Part shown: one piece after another, positions 20,380-30,086 of the stretch | Layout of the letters: each line of letters opens with the position of its first letter | Numbering within the stretch: the first letter of the stretch is position 1 | Assembly (NCBI GenBank): GCA_964425105.1 | Contig: CAYRLE010000001.1 | Location: 1 to 60,690, forward strand | Length of the DNA: 60,690 nt | Reading direction: 5' to 3' | Source: an uncultured Gammaproteobacteria bacterium | Lineage (GTDB): Bacteria > Pseudomonadota > Gammaproteobacteria > SZUA-140 | Notes under the pieces: model-generated | Databases searched by the model: none | Told to the model about the DNA's origin: nothing | Seen by the model: the letters and a program-made list of their open reading frames with translations, nothing else | Translations under genes and position numbers: made by a program

Positions 20380-21267
20380 ATGCCGCTGATAAAAAAGAAT
20401 TTCAAATTGAAAGCCGCGATCCTTCTCAAATCATCGTTGCCCGTCCTGCTGCTTCTGCTGGTAGGCTGCGCCAACATTCCGGCAAACTACCTGGCCTCCA
20501 GCGTGGCGGACGGTATCCGCAATCAGCAGGATATCGACACTGCCGGGGTCGGTATTCCCTCCTATCTGCTGATGATCGACGGTCTGCTGGTGAAGAGCCC
20601 CCGGCAGAGCGGTCTGCTCATGGCCGGCGCCCGCCTCTACAGCACCTATGCCACACTCTTTGTCAAGGAAGAGAAGCGCGCCATTCTGCTCAGTGACCGC
20701 GCCCTGGAATATGCCCGCCGCGCAGTGTGCATCGAGGAGCCGCGTTTCTGTGCCAAGGAGGCCCGTGCCTATCCCCGTTTTCTGGAACTGGTCCGCGGCA
20801 TCAGCGACCGTGATCATCTCCCCTTCCTGTATACCTATGCCACCACCTGGGCTGCCTGGATCCAGGTCAACAGCAGCCGCTGGAGTTCCCTGGCGGATGT
20901 ACCCAAGGTGCAGGCCCTGCTGGAGGCCGTGGTGGAGTTGGACGAAGACTATGACCATGGCCAGGCCCATGTCTATCTGGGGGTCATCAATGCCCAGCTG
21001 CCACCTTCCATGGGCGGGCACCCGGATGTGGCGCGGGCCCATTTCGAACGCGCCATCGAACTGACCAATGGCCATAATCTCATCGCCAAGGTGGAATATG
21101 CGCGCACCTATGCCCGGCTGCTGTTCGACCGCGAACTCCACGACCGCTTGCTGAAGGAGGTGCTGGCGGCGAATCCGCGGATCAACGGCCTGACCCTGAG
21201 CAATGTCATCGCCCAGAAGCAGGCCCGTATCTTGCTTGCAGAATCAGAGGAATATTTCGAGGAATAG
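20380..21267 (+). CDS. TatT-family TPR lipoprotein (TRAP-transporter accessory component)
   Basis: Lipobox LLLVGCAN. About 290 aa, all-helical, with YL.MIDGLL, LYS.YA..F and GGHP..AR.HFERAI resembling T. pallidum TatT-type proteins. Lies immediately upstream of a DctP-type SBP. Confidence 0.7.
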   Translation: MPLIKKNFKLKAAILLKSSLPVLLLLLVGCANIPANYLASSVADGIRNQQDIDTAGVGIPSYLLMIDGLLVKSPRQSGLLMAGARLYSTYATLFVKEEKRAILLSDRALEYARRAVCIEEPRFCAKEARAYPRFLELVRGISDRDHLPFLYTYATTWAAWIQVNSSRWSSLADVPKVQALLEAVVELDEDYDHGQAHVYLGVINAQLPPSMGGHPDVARAHFERAIELTNGHNLIAKVEYARTYARLLFDRELHDRLLKEVLAANPRINGLTLSNVIAQKQARILLAESEEYFEE

Positions 21268-21269
21268 AT

Positions 21270-22253
21270 ATGGCAAGGATCGTAGTGACATGTTTGCTGG
21301 CCTTGTGCGTCTTTCAGGTCCAGGCCCTGACGCTCAAGATCGCCACCATCTCTCCCGACGGCACCACCTGGATGAAAGAACTGCGCAAGGGGGCGGCCCT
21401 CATCAAGGAACGCACCGAGGGGCGGGTCAAGCTGCGCTTCTATCCCGGCGGCGTGATGGGCAGCGACAAGAACGTGCTGCGCAAGATCCGCATCGGCCAG
21501 TTGCACGGCGGGGCCATGACCGGCGGCGGCCTGGAGCAGATCTATTTCGACTCCCAGATCTACAGCCTGCCCTTTGCCTTCCGCTCTTTCGAGGAAGTGG
21601 ACTATGTGCGGGCGCGCATGGACGACATGATCCTGCATGGCCTCTATGAACACGGTTATGTGGGCTTCGGTCTGGCGGAGGGGGGCTTTGCCTATCTGAT
21701 GTCCAACGCCCCCATTCGCCGCAATGGAGATCTGCAGGGCCACAAGGTGTGGGTGCCGGAGGGTGATACCATGAGCCAGCTGGTGTTCAAGGCAGCGGGC
21801 ATCTCCCCGGTGCCGTTGCCCTTGCCCGATGTGCTCACCGGCCTGCAGACCGGCCTCATCGACACTGTAGCCACGTCCCCCATCGGCGCCATCGCCCTGC
21901 AGTGGCATACGCGGGTGAAATATGTCACCGACACGCCCCTCATGTATCTCTACGGTGTGCTCATCGTGCAGCGCAAGGTCTTCGAGCGCCTGCGTCCCGC
22001 CGACCAGACCGTGGTGAAGTCCGTGTTGGAAGACGTGTTCCGCCGCCTCAACCGTATCAACCGTGAAGAGAACCGCCAGGCGCGCCAGGCCCTCATGGAC
22101 CAGGGCATCGAATTCGTGCAGCCGCCGGCAGAGGAACAGGCGCGCTGGTACCGCTTGGTGGCCCAGGCAGTCATCAACAAACACTTGTTTTCCCCCGGTA
22201 TACTGGAAACTTTCCAGGCTCATCTGGATGCCTTCCGCGCCCAACACCCCTGA
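21270..22253 (+). CDS. TRAP transporter substrate-binding protein (DctP family; TatP(T)-like)
   Basis: Signal peptide, then LKIATISPDGTTWMKELRKG...LRFYPGGVMG, typical of the DctP family. Confidence 0.9.
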   Translation: MARIVVTCLLALCVFQVQALTLKIATISPDGTTWMKELRKGAALIKERTEGRVKLRFYPGGVMGSDKNVLRKIRIGQLHGGAMTGGGLEQIYFDSQIYSLPFAFRSFEEVDYVRARMDDMILHGLYEHGYVGFGLAEGGFAYLMSNAPIRRNGDLQGHKVWVPEGDTMSQLVFKAAGISPVPLPLPDVLTGLQTGLIDTVATSPIGAIALQWHTRVKYVTDTPLMYLYGVLIVQRKVFERLRPADQTVVKSVLEDVFRRLNRINREENRQARQALMDQGIEFVQPPAEEQARWYRLVAQAVINKHLFSPGILETFQAHLDAFRAQHP

Positions 22254-22755
22254 CCATCGCTGGCTGACCCGTTTCGGGCGCTTCACCGGCTGGCTGGAGG
22301 ATGCCCTGCTGGTATTCATGCTGGCGGTCATGATTCTGGTGGCCACGGCGCAGATCGTGCTGCGCAATTTTCTGGACATCGGGCTGATGTGGGGCGACCC
22401 CCTGTTGCGGGCCCTGGTGCTGTGGGTGGGACTGCTGGGGGCCATCGTCGCCAGCCGTACCGAAAATCATATCACCATCGACATTCTGTCCCGTTATCTG
22501 GCACCGCGCTGGCGGGCTGTGTCGCGCCTGGTCACTGATCTGTTTACCGTGTTTGTCTGTGCGCTGGTGAGTTATTACAGCGCCAGCTTGGTGCAGATGG
22601 ATCACGAGGCGGGCGTCGAGGCCTTCAGCGGCGTGCCTGCGTGGCTGGTGGAGTTGATCATTCCCGTGGGCTTCGCCATCATGGCGCTGCGCTACCTGGG
22701 CGGCTTTTTCCGCAGCGCGCGCCTGGTGCTGAAGGGGAGGGACGGGGCGACATGA
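22228..22755 (+). CDS. TRAP transporter small permease (DctQ family)
   Basis: Four hydrophobic helices; LEDALLVFMLAVMILVATAQIVLRNF is the DctQ hallmark. ATG 22228 overlaps the SBP gene end. The stop overlaps the dctM start (ATGA at 22752-22755). Confidence 0.8.
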   Translation: MPSAPNTPDHRWLTRFGRFTGWLEDALLVFMLAVMILVATAQIVLRNFLDIGLMWGDPLLRALVLWVGLLGAIVASRTENHITIDILSRYLAPRWRAVSRLVTDLFTVFVCALVSYYSASLVQMDHEAGVEAFSGVPAWLVELIIPVGFAIMALRYLGGFFRSARLVLKGRDGAT

Positions 22756-24023
22756 CCATCGCCCTGCTGCTGGTGCTCCTGGCCCTGCTGGGGGCGCCGC
22801 TCTTTGCCATCATCCTGGCTTCGGCGCTGCTGGGTTTCTACCATGCCGATATCGAGTTGTCGGTAGTGGCCATCGAGTTCTATCGCCTGGCGGAGATGCC
22901 GGTGCTGCTGGCCATCCCCCTGTTCACCTTCGCTGGCTATCTGCTGAGTGAGAGCCAGGCGCCGCGGCGCCTGGTGCGGCTGACCCAGGCCCTGCTGGGC
23001 TGGATGCCGGGCGGCCTGGCCATCGTGGCGCTGACCGCCTGCGCCTTTTTCACCGCCTTCACCGGTGCCTCCGGCGTCACCATCGTGGCTCTGGGTGCGC
23101 TGCTCTATCCCGCCCTGCAGCAGGCAGGCTTCAAGGAGAATTTCAACCTCGGCCTGATCACCACCTCCGGCAGTCTGGGGGTGTTGTTCGCACCGTCCCT
23201 GCCCCTGATCCTCTATGCAGTGATCGCCCAGCAACTCACCGTGGGCACACCGGTGTCGGTGGACGACATGTTCCTGGCCGGCATCGTGCCGGGTTTTCTG
23301 ATGCTGGTGGCGCTCTCGGGATGGAGCCTGTGGGTCAATCGCGGTCAGACCCTGAGGCCTTTCAGTGCCAGCGAGGCCTGGTCCGCCCTGCGCGAGGCCA
23401 AGTGGGAACTGCCCTTGCCAGTGCTGGTACTGGGGGGGATCTATAGCGGTTATTTTGCGGTCTCCGAGGCGGCCGCGGTAACCGCGTTGTATGTGATGAT
23501 CGTGGAGGTAGTGATCTACCGCGAAGTGGCGGTGCGCCAGCTGCCGGGGGTGATGCGCGAGTCCATGGTGCTGGTGGGCGCTATCTTGGTGATTCTCGGT
23601 GCCTCCCTGGCCTCCACCAATTATCTCATCGACGCCGAGGTGCCCAACCGTCTGTTCGATGCCGTCAAGGCCCATATCAGTGATCCGCTCACCTTTCTGA
23701 TCCTGCTCAATATCTTCCTGCTGATCCTGGGCACCATGCTGGATATCTTCTCCGCCCTGGTGATCATGGTGCCCCTGCTGCTCCCCATCGCCATCGGTTA
23801 TGGCATCGACCCGGTACATCTGGGCATCATCTTCCTGGCCAACATGCAGATCGGCTATTTCACGCCGCCGGTGGGCATGAACCTGTTCATTGCCAGTTAC
23901 CGCTTCAAAAAGCCGGTGATGCAACTCTATCGCGCCACCCTGCCGTTTTTCTTCATACTCCTGCTGACGGTGCTCATCATCACCTACTGGCCTTCCTTGT
24001 CCCTCAGCCTCATCGGCCGCTGA
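22752..24023 (+). CDS. TRAP transporter large permease (DctM family)
   Basis: About 420-aa polytopic protein (MTIALLLVLLALLGAPLF.., IPLFTFAGYLL, GIIFLANMQIGYFTPPVGMNLF). Confidence 0.9.
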   Translation: MTIALLLVLLALLGAPLFAIILASALLGFYHADIELSVVAIEFYRLAEMPVLLAIPLFTFAGYLLSESQAPRRLVRLTQALLGWMPGGLAIVALTACAFFTAFTGASGVTIVALGALLYPALQQAGFKENFNLGLITTSGSLGVLFAPSLPLILYAVIAQQLTVGTPVSVDDMFLAGIVPGFLMLVALSGWSLWVNRGQTLRPFSASEAWSALREAKWELPLPVLVLGGIYSGYFAVSEAAAVTALYVMIVEVVIYREVAVRQLPGVMRESMVLVGAILVILGASLASTNYLIDAEVPNRLFDAVKAHISDPLTFLILLNIFLLILGTMLDIFSALVIMVPLLLPIAIGYGIDPVHLGIIFLANMQIGYFTPPVGMNLFIASYRFKKPVMQLYRATLPFFFILLLTVLIITYWPSLSLSLIGR

Positions 24024-24170
24024 CCAGCCTGTCACCCTGGGGGCTTGTTTCTCCCACCATCGATAGGATAACTCCTATAAGGAAAATCCTTATGAAATTG
24101 ACGCATCGAGCGATAGTACTTAAACAGGCTTTTGGAGCCACGGGGCCACATCCTGCGGGCAGACTTCTCG

Positions 24171-27100
24171 ATGACCTTAAATACAACTCGCAACCGACTG
24201 ATCCTGCTTGCATTCATTGCCTCGGCCACGTTGGCCGTTGTTGCCTGGCAGGTGCAGAGAATCACGGCCGACAATCAGCGCCGCCAACAGGGTGAAATGC
24301 TCTCCACGGTGCTGGAGACCAGTCACCAGGCCGTGAATTCCTGGAGCCGCGCCCACCTCGCCACTGCTGTCATCTGGGCCAATTCACCGGAGATCATCAA
24401 GTTTGCCAGCAAGTTGCTGGCCCTGCCGGGGACGCAGCGGGATCTTGTCCACTCTCCGCTGCAGGCGCAAGTACGCGAATGGTTGCAGCCGTTGATCGAT
24501 GCCATGGGTTACCAGGGGTATTTCATCATCGGCCCGGACAATTTGAATCTCAGTTCCACCCGTGATGAAAACATCGGCGTCAGCAATCTGCTGACGGAGC
24601 AGGAAGGGGTGTTGGCGAGAATGTGGGCGGGGCAGCCGGCGCTCAGCCTGCCCTGGCGTTCAGACGTGCCGCTGCCGGATGAGCAGGGCAATTTGCAGGA
24701 GGGCTTGCCTTCCATGTTTGCCGGCGCACCGATCCATGACGACGACGGCCGTGTCATTGCCATTCTCACCTTCCGCATCGATCCGGGCGCTGATTTCACC
24801 AAAATCCTGCAGCAGGGCCGCCTGGGTATGACGGGTGAGACCTATGCCTTCAACCGCCATGGCCTGTTGATCAGTGAAAGCCGTTTTGACGAGCAATTGC
24901 GCCAGAGCGGCTTGCTGGCGCCAGGCGAGGCCGGCATTCTCAATCTGACCCTGCGCAATCCCGGCATCAAGATCCTGGGGAGGGCACCCTCTGGACTGGG
25001 AACAGCGTCCAGGCCCGCGGCTGCCCCATTGGTGGATGACATCGCCAGGGACCTGGACGGTTATCTCAATTACCGCGGGGTGCCGGTGATCGGCGCCTGG
25101 CTGTGGGATGATGGCCTGGGGTTTGGCATCGCCACCGAAGTGGAAATGGCCGAGGCGTATCAGCCACTGGTATTCAATCGCTATGCCATCAGCGGCATGG
25201 CCCTGTTTTCCATTCTGCTGTTGTGCAGCCTGACATGGGTCTTCATTCGTTCCCGCGAGCGGCTGGCCGGCAACGAGGCCCGTCTCAGGGAGGCGCAGCA
25301 TATCGGCCGGATGGGCAACTGGTCCTGGGATGTGGGCAGCGGTGCCATTCACTGGTCGGATGAAATCTATCGCATTTTCGGGCGCAGCCCGGAAACCTTC
25401 AGGCCGACTTATGAGCGCTTCATCGCCATGCTCCATCCCGATGACGTGGCGCGAGTGAGTGCTGCGGAGCAGGCGGCATTCAGCAGTGGGCGCAAGCACA
25501 GCATCGACTACCGGGTGCTGCTTCCCGACGGCAGTATTCAGTGGGTGCATGAGGAAGCCGTGGCCGATTTCGATAAGCGGGGAAGGGTGCTGCGCCTCAG
25601 CGGGACAGTACAGGATATTACGGAACGCAGGAAGGCCGAGCAGGCCTTGCGGGAAAGCGAGATGCGTTTCAAGGCGGTGCTCGACAATTCACCCACCATG
25701 ATCTATGTCAAGGACCTCCAGGGACGCTACCTGTTCGTCAACAAGACTTTCAGCGAACTGTTCGGTATCGGCTCAGCGGCGGCCAAGGGGCGGCGCGATC
25801 ATGAAATCCTGCCTGCTGCGGTGGCGGATATATTGGTAGCCGATGATCGCAAGGTCTATGAGTCGCAGGCCCCGCTGGAGATGGAGGAAAGAATCCCAGT
25901 GGGAAACGATCAGCGCACCTATATTGCCACCAAGTTCTGTCTCCGCAATGAGCAGGGTGAGCCCTACGCCGTCGGCAGCATCGCTACCGACATCACGCAC
26001 CGCATGCGTATGGAAGAGGAGCGCGCACAGCTGCAACGGCAGCTGCAACAGGCTCAGAAGATGGAGACGATCGGCCAGCTGACGGGCGGCATCGCGCATG
26101 ATTTCAACAATATGCTGGCCTGCATCCTGGGTTATACCACCCTGGCCTACAACAATTGCGTCCCTGACAGGGAAGGCAAGCTGGCGCACTACCTGCAGGA
26201 GGTGCGCAAGGCAGGAGAGCGGGGACGTGATCTGATCAAGCAGTTGCTGGATTTCAGCCGCACGGGCGACAGCACGTGCGGGCAGCTATCGCTGGCTGCG
26301 GTGGTGACAGAGAGTCTGAAGATGCTGCATGCCGTCATGCCGGCAGGCGTAAGAATCGATTGCAGCACTCCTGACGATCTGCCCTCCGTGTTCGCCGATC
26401 CCGTGCAGTTGCATCAGGCGCTGGTCAATCTCTGCATCAATGCCCGTGATGCCATGGAGGACAAGGGGGTGCTCAAGATCAGCGCGCAGCGCATGAGAGT
26501 CAGCGGGGTCTGCTGCGCCTCCTGCCATGAGATGGTGGCGGGTGATTTCGTGGTGCTTGCCGTAAAGGACAATGGCAGTGGCATGCAACCGGAGCAGCTG
26601 GAAAAGATCTTTGATCCTTTCTATACCACCAAGGAGGTCGGCAAGGGAACCGGCATGGGCTTGTCGGTGGTCCACGGCATCATGCATGCTTATGGCGGCC
26701 ATGTCCTGTTGTCTTCAGCAGCCGGCCATGGTACGGAATTCCGCCTCTTGTTTCCGCTCCAGGGCGGGGTGCATGCTTTGGAAATTGATCAGCAGGGAAA
26801 GCCGCCGCTTACCGAATGCTCTCTCGACGGCCATGTCATGGTGGTGGATGACGAGGTATCCATTGGCAGGTTTCTCAAGGAGTTGCTGGTGGACCGTGGT
26901 TGCCAGGTCAGCGTTTTTCATGACCCCGGCGCGGCATTGGCCGCATTCGAGGCCGACCCCGATGCCATCGATTTGCTGATCACGGATCAGGCCATGCCCG
27001 GCATGACGGGCATGGAACTCGCCACCAGGTTTCTTGACAAACGGCCCCATCTGCCGGTCATCCTGTGCAGCGGATTCGGCAAGGATGTCGATGAGCATTC

Positions 27101-27203
27101 GGCCCGGGACAAGGGTATTGGCGAGTTTTTCTATAAGCCCATTGACATCGGAAGGTTGCTCACGCTACTGCCCCGCCTGTTGCGGGGGCCGGCGCGGCAG
27201 TAG
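24171..27203 (+). CDS. Hybrid sensor histidine kinase: periplasmic Cache-like domain - 2x PAS - HisKA - HATPase_c - receiver
   Basis: TM1 (LILLAFIASATLAVVAW), a ~330-aa periplasmic part and TM2 (ISGMALFSILLLCSLTWVFI). PAS domains (GNWSWDV..IHWSDE; LDNSPTMIYVKDLQGRYLFVN). H-box (GGIAHDFNNML), N/G boxes (NARDAM, DNGSGM, GKGTGMGL) and REC (VMVVDDE..DLLITDQAMPGMTG). Confidence 0.9.
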   Translation: MTLNTTRNRLILLAFIASATLAVVAWQVQRITADNQRRQQGEMLSTVLETSHQAVNSWSRAHLATAVIWANSPEIIKFASKLLALPGTQRDLVHSPLQAQVREWLQPLIDAMGYQGYFIIGPDNLNLSSTRDENIGVSNLLTEQEGVLARMWAGQPALSLPWRSDVPLPDEQGNLQEGLPSMFAGAPIHDDDGRVIAILTFRIDPGADFTKILQQGRLGMTGETYAFNRHGLLISESRFDEQLRQSGLLAPGEAGILNLTLRNPGIKILGRAPSGLGTASRPAAAPLVDDIARDLDGYLNYRGVPVIGAWLWDDGLGFGIATEVEMAEAYQPLVFNRYAISGMALFSILLLCSLTWVFIRSRERLAGNEARLREAQHIGRMGNWSWDVGSGAIHWSDEIYRIFGRSPETFRPTYERFIAMLHPDDVARVSAAEQAAFSSGRKHSIDYRVLLPDGSIQWVHEEAVADFDKRGRVLRLSGTVQDITERRKAEQALRESEMRFKAVLDNSPTMIYVKDLQGRYLFVNKTFSELFGIGSAAAKGRRDHEILPAAVADILVADDRKVYESQAPLEMEERIPVGNDQRTYIATKFCLRNEQGEPYAVGSIATDITHRMRMEEERAQLQRQLQQAQKMETIGQLTGGIAHDFNNMLACILGYTTLAYNNCVPDREGKLAHYLQEVRKAGERGRDLIKQLLDFSRTGDSTCGQLSLAAVVTESLKMLHAVMPAGVRIDCSTPDDLPSVFADPVQLHQALVNLCINARDAMEDKGVLKISAQRMRVSGVCCASCHEMVAGDFVVLAVKDNGSGMQPEQLEKIFDPFYTTKEVGKGTGMGLSVVHGIMHAYGGHVLLSSAAGHGTEFRLLFPLQGGVHALEIDQQGKPPLTECSLDGHVMVVDDEVSIGRFLKELLVDRGCQVSVFHDPGAALAAFEADPDAIDLLITDQAMPGMTGMELATRFLDKRPHLPVILCSGFGKDVDEHSARDKGIGEFFYKPIDIGRLLTLLPRLLRGPARQ

Positions 27204-27227
27204 CGTTTCTGGTGCAGGATGGAGCAA

Positions 27228-27617
27228 TCAGGGGATCTGGATGCCGCCGCCTGGCCCCACCGGGCCGCCGGCACCACCTGCCTCGGGAACTACGATGCGT
27301 GAGGAGGCCTCGCGGCGCATTTCCTCCAGTTCCTTCATGGTTTCCTCCACCGCCTTTTCCGCGGCACCGGCAAATTTCTCGGCGGCCTCGCCGAGGCTGG
27401 CGGCCTCGATCTCGAAAGTGATGGGCAGTGTGCCCAGGGCAGTGAGGATCTGGGTGTTGCCTACATAGAGCACTGCGCGCCGCTCGTCGTCTGCGCCGTC
27501 CGGCGTCACCGGTGTCAGGCGTCGCAGCGTGCCGCTGCGACGGTCGGTGAACACCTCTTCGCGATAGAGGTCGTTGGGGTCCATCCGCAGGCTGTCTGCG
27601 ATATCGGGTTTGTCCAT
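27228..27617 (-). CDS. Hypothetical cytoplasmic protein with a Gly/Pro-rich tail
   Basis: Clean 129-aa ORF with protein-like composition, convergent with the kinase gene. No family recognised. Confidence 0.55.
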   Translation of the reverse strand: MDKPDIADSLRMDPNDLYREEVFTDRRSGTLRRLTPVTPDGADDERRAVLYVGNTQILTALGTLPITFEIEAASLGEAAEKFAGAAEKAVEETMKELEEMRREASSRIVVPEAGGAGGPVGPGGGIQIP

Positions 27618-27758
27618 GGGCCGTTACTCCTGGCTGTGTTGTGTGCTGTGAAGGGGGAATAGGGTAGCAGAATCGGGCCTTATGGTGCACGCTGTCCTCA
27701 CTGCAGGGCGCTGAGGCTGCTAGAATGGGCAGATACAGCCGCACAGGAGAGATGCCAG

Positions 27759-28439
27759 ATGAGCCAAGCGGAGGAAAAGCCACAGGCAGCGGGTGGGCAG
27801 CAGTGGCTGACGGCCATGCTCGGGCCGCAGTCCCTGGAGGATGCCGGCTGGCGCCTGATGGCACAGGATGCGCGCCTGATCACTGCGCAGAAGGGCGCAC
27901 GGCTGTTCCAGGCCGGTGATCCCTGTCGCGAATTTGTGATGGTGCTGGACGGCAGCATTCGGGTGCAATACCTGGATGAAGAGGGCAATGAGATTGTGAT
28001 CTACCGGGTGCAGGGAGGGGAGACCTGTATTCTGACCACCTCCTGCCTCCTCGGCCAGACCGCCTATCCGGCGGAGGGCATCGTGGAAGAGCCGCTGCAG
28101 GCGGCCCTGGTGCCGCTGGCCACTTTCCGGCGCGCCCTGGCTTCGGAGGCGGTGCGCAACTTCGTCTTTGCCGCCATGGGCCGTCGACTGGCGGATCTGA
28201 TGAGGCGTATCGACGAACTCGCCTTTCGGCGCCTGGACCGGCGCCTGGCCCAATATCTGTTACGCCAGGGCTGTGTGGTAGAGGCAACCCATCAGGAAAT
28301 CGCCGTGGAACTGGGTTCTGCCCGCGAGGTGGTGAGCCGTCTGCTCAAGGACTTCGAGCGCAAGGGTTGGCTGGTGCTGGGGCGGGGGCGCATCGAGATC
28401 TGTCAGTCAGCGGCGCTGGCCAGGCTGGCGTGTGACTAA
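27759..28439 (+). CDS. Crp/Fnr-family transcriptional regulator
   Basis: cNMP-binding beta-roll (LFQAGDPCREFVMVLDGSIRV..EIVIYRVQGGETC) and a C-terminal HTH (THQEIAVELGSAREVVSRLLKDFERKGWL). No N-terminal Fnr Cys cluster. Confidence 0.85.
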   Translation: MSQAEEKPQAAGGQQWLTAMLGPQSLEDAGWRLMAQDARLITAQKGARLFQAGDPCREFVMVLDGSIRVQYLDEEGNEIVIYRVQGGETCILTTSCLLGQTAYPAEGIVEEPLQAALVPLATFRRALASEAVRNFVFAAMGRRLADLMRRIDELAFRRLDRRLAQYLLRQGCVVEATHQEIAVELGSAREVVSRLLKDFERKGWLVLGRGRIEICQSAALARLACD

Positions 28440-28514
28440 GTCACAGAGGACTGTCATGTACTGTCTTATCTTCAGTGGGTAAGATGAACTGTCGCATTGA
28501 CAAAGGAGGAAGTC

Positions 28515-28700
28515 ATGCAAGCGAATGTTGGCAAAGTGGACAAGACCCTGCGTATCGTCATCGGCCTGGTGCTCATCAGCCTAGTGTTCGTCGGACCCCA
28601 GACCCCCTGGGGATGGATCGGCGTCATCCCCCTGGCCACTGCGCTCATCGGCTGGTGTCCCCTGTACAAGATCATCGGGGTCAATACCTGTAAGAAATAG
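28515..28700 (+). CDS. DUF2892 (YgaP-like) small membrane protein
   Basis: ATG 28515 follows AAGGAGG. Has N.G..D...R...G..L and GW.G..PL.T...G.CPLY, characteristic of DUF2892. Confidence 0.75.
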   Translation: MQANVGKVDKTLRIVIGLVLISLVFVGPQTPWGWIGVIPLATALIGWCPLYKIIGVNTCKK

Positions 28701-28720
28701 GGAGGAAAGATACAAGGGAA

Positions 28721-28750
28721 AAGATACAAGTCGCTTGCAACTTGTATCTT
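28721..28750. terminator. Perfect 11-bp hairpin between convergent genes (candidate bidirectional terminator)
   Basis: AAGATACAAGT-cgcttgca-ACTTGTATCTT. On the minus strand it is followed by a T-rich run (tcttttcccttgtatctttcc). AAGATACAAG also occurs as a direct repeat at 28707-28716. Confidence 0.5.
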
Positions 28751-28851
28751 CTGCCCAATGAAGGCCCCCTGGGATTCTGGTCATCGAGGTCAACCGTGCC
28801 TCGGTTGTCTGGTCAGGATGCTGCAGGTGGAGGGGCGTCGCTGATCCCAGG

Positions 28852-29898
28852 TCAGTGGTTGAGATTATTCCATAAGCCTTCACAAGCGCCTTTGCTCAGC
28901 ATGGCGAGCCGTGGCCGCGGTATCTCAGCCCCCGACGGCAAGGCGGCCTGCCGATCCCCCAGCCAAGTGGCGATATCCCTGATCACCTGCGCCCCCTCGA
29001 GGTCCCGGGTCAGCATGTGATAACCCTGGGGATAGAGCGCGAAGCGCCAGCGGCCGTCTGCCGGCAGCGCAGTGAGCATGCGGCAGGTGGGTGTCTTGGG
29101 AATGATCTGATCATGCATGCCGTAGAGGATCAGGGACGCTGTTTTGAGGCGCGGCGCGGCGGCCAGGGCCTGATCCATGAGGTTGCTCAGGCCGTAGAGG
29201 GTATCGATGCGGCTGGCGCGGATCACCAGCGGGTCCTGCCACAGCCGCTGCAGCATGGCCTCATTGTCGGAGGCGCGGATCTTCAGGCCTTGGCCGCTGA
29301 GGGTCTTTGCCGGCATGATGTGCACACCCAGCCACAGGGCCAGGCGTTGCAGTACCGGCATGGTGTCCCGTGCCCATACCGCGGGGGCGATGAGCACTGT
29401 GCCGGCCACGGGGGGCGCATCGGCTTGGCCCAGCAGCACCATGGCCACAGCACCGCCCATGCTCTCCCCCATGAGATAGAGCGGCCGGCCCGGATATGCG
29501 CGGCGCAGCAGGCGCACCATGGCGCGGGCATCCGCCACCAGGCGCCCCGTACCCGGCCACAGCCCGTGTCCCGCGGTGGCGCCGAAACCGCGCTGGTCAT
29601 AGGCATAAGTCACCACCCCGCGGTCTGCCAGGGCCTCGGCCACCCCGCTGAAGGCATTGTGGTAATCGTTGAAGCCGTGCAGCGCCAGCACCACTGCCTT
29701 GACAGCGCCTGGGGGGCGCCACTGTGTTACCGGCAGGTAGTAGCCGTCGCTCATCAGGGCATGGTCTTCATAGAGGGTGGGACTGACGGGATCTGCAGAG
29801 GCTGTCTGAAAATGGGGCGTGGCACAGGCGGCGGGCAGCAGGAGGATGGCCAGCAGAAGAAGAAAGCGGCTCACCTGATGATTCACGGCATGGTACAT
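28852..29898 (-). CDS. Alpha/beta hydrolase lipoprotein (lysophospholipase/monoglyceride-lipase-like)
   Basis: Lipobox LLLPAACAT; HGFNDY; nucleophile elbow GESMGG; C-terminal YPQGYHML. ATG 29898 is chosen over the ORF-track 29970. Confidence 0.85.
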   Translation of the reverse strand: MYHAVNHQVSRFLLLLAILLLPAACATPHFQTASADPVSPTLYEDHALMSDGYYLPVTQWRPPGAVKAVVLALHGFNDYHNAFSGVAEALADRGVVTYAYDQRGFGATAGHGLWPGTGRLVADARAMVRLLRRAYPGRPLYLMGESMGGAVAMVLLGQADAPPVAGTVLIAPAVWARDTMPVLQRLALWLGVHIMPAKTLSGQGLKIRASDNEAMLQRLWQDPLVIRASRIDTLYGLSNLMDQALAAAPRLKTASLILYGMHDQIIPKTPTCRMLTALPADGRWRFALYPQGYHMLTRDLEGAQVIRDIATWLGDRQAALPSGAEIPRPRLAMLSKGACEGLWNNLNH

Positions 29899-29975
29899 TG
29901 CTGATCTCTGACTTGCGTTGGTTCTGAAATAGTATAATGCCGCATTGCATCGAAGCGGGGCTGCCCCCAATATTA

Positions 29976-30000
29976 GTAGTGTGGGCGCCGCTCACCAAGA
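29976..30000. repeat. REP-like 25-nt element (GTAG + imperfect palindrome), copy 1
   Basis: GTAGTGTGGGCGCCGCTCACCAAGA. 23 of 25 nt are identical to 60589-60613. Both copies are intergenic. Confidence 0.6.
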
Positions 30001-30086
30001 CGCCGGGCATTGGCCCAGGATCTCGTGGGTGCATCCCATCCTACCATTCAGGCATTCAAACAAATGAATAAGCAAACGCAATTCCC

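Noticed and set aside
22692-24035. 447-aa minus-strand ORF opposite dctM
   Set aside because: This is a shadow ORF. The plus-strand product is an unmistakable polytopic DctM permease, while the antisense product is hydrophilic and His/Gln/Gly/Asp-rich.
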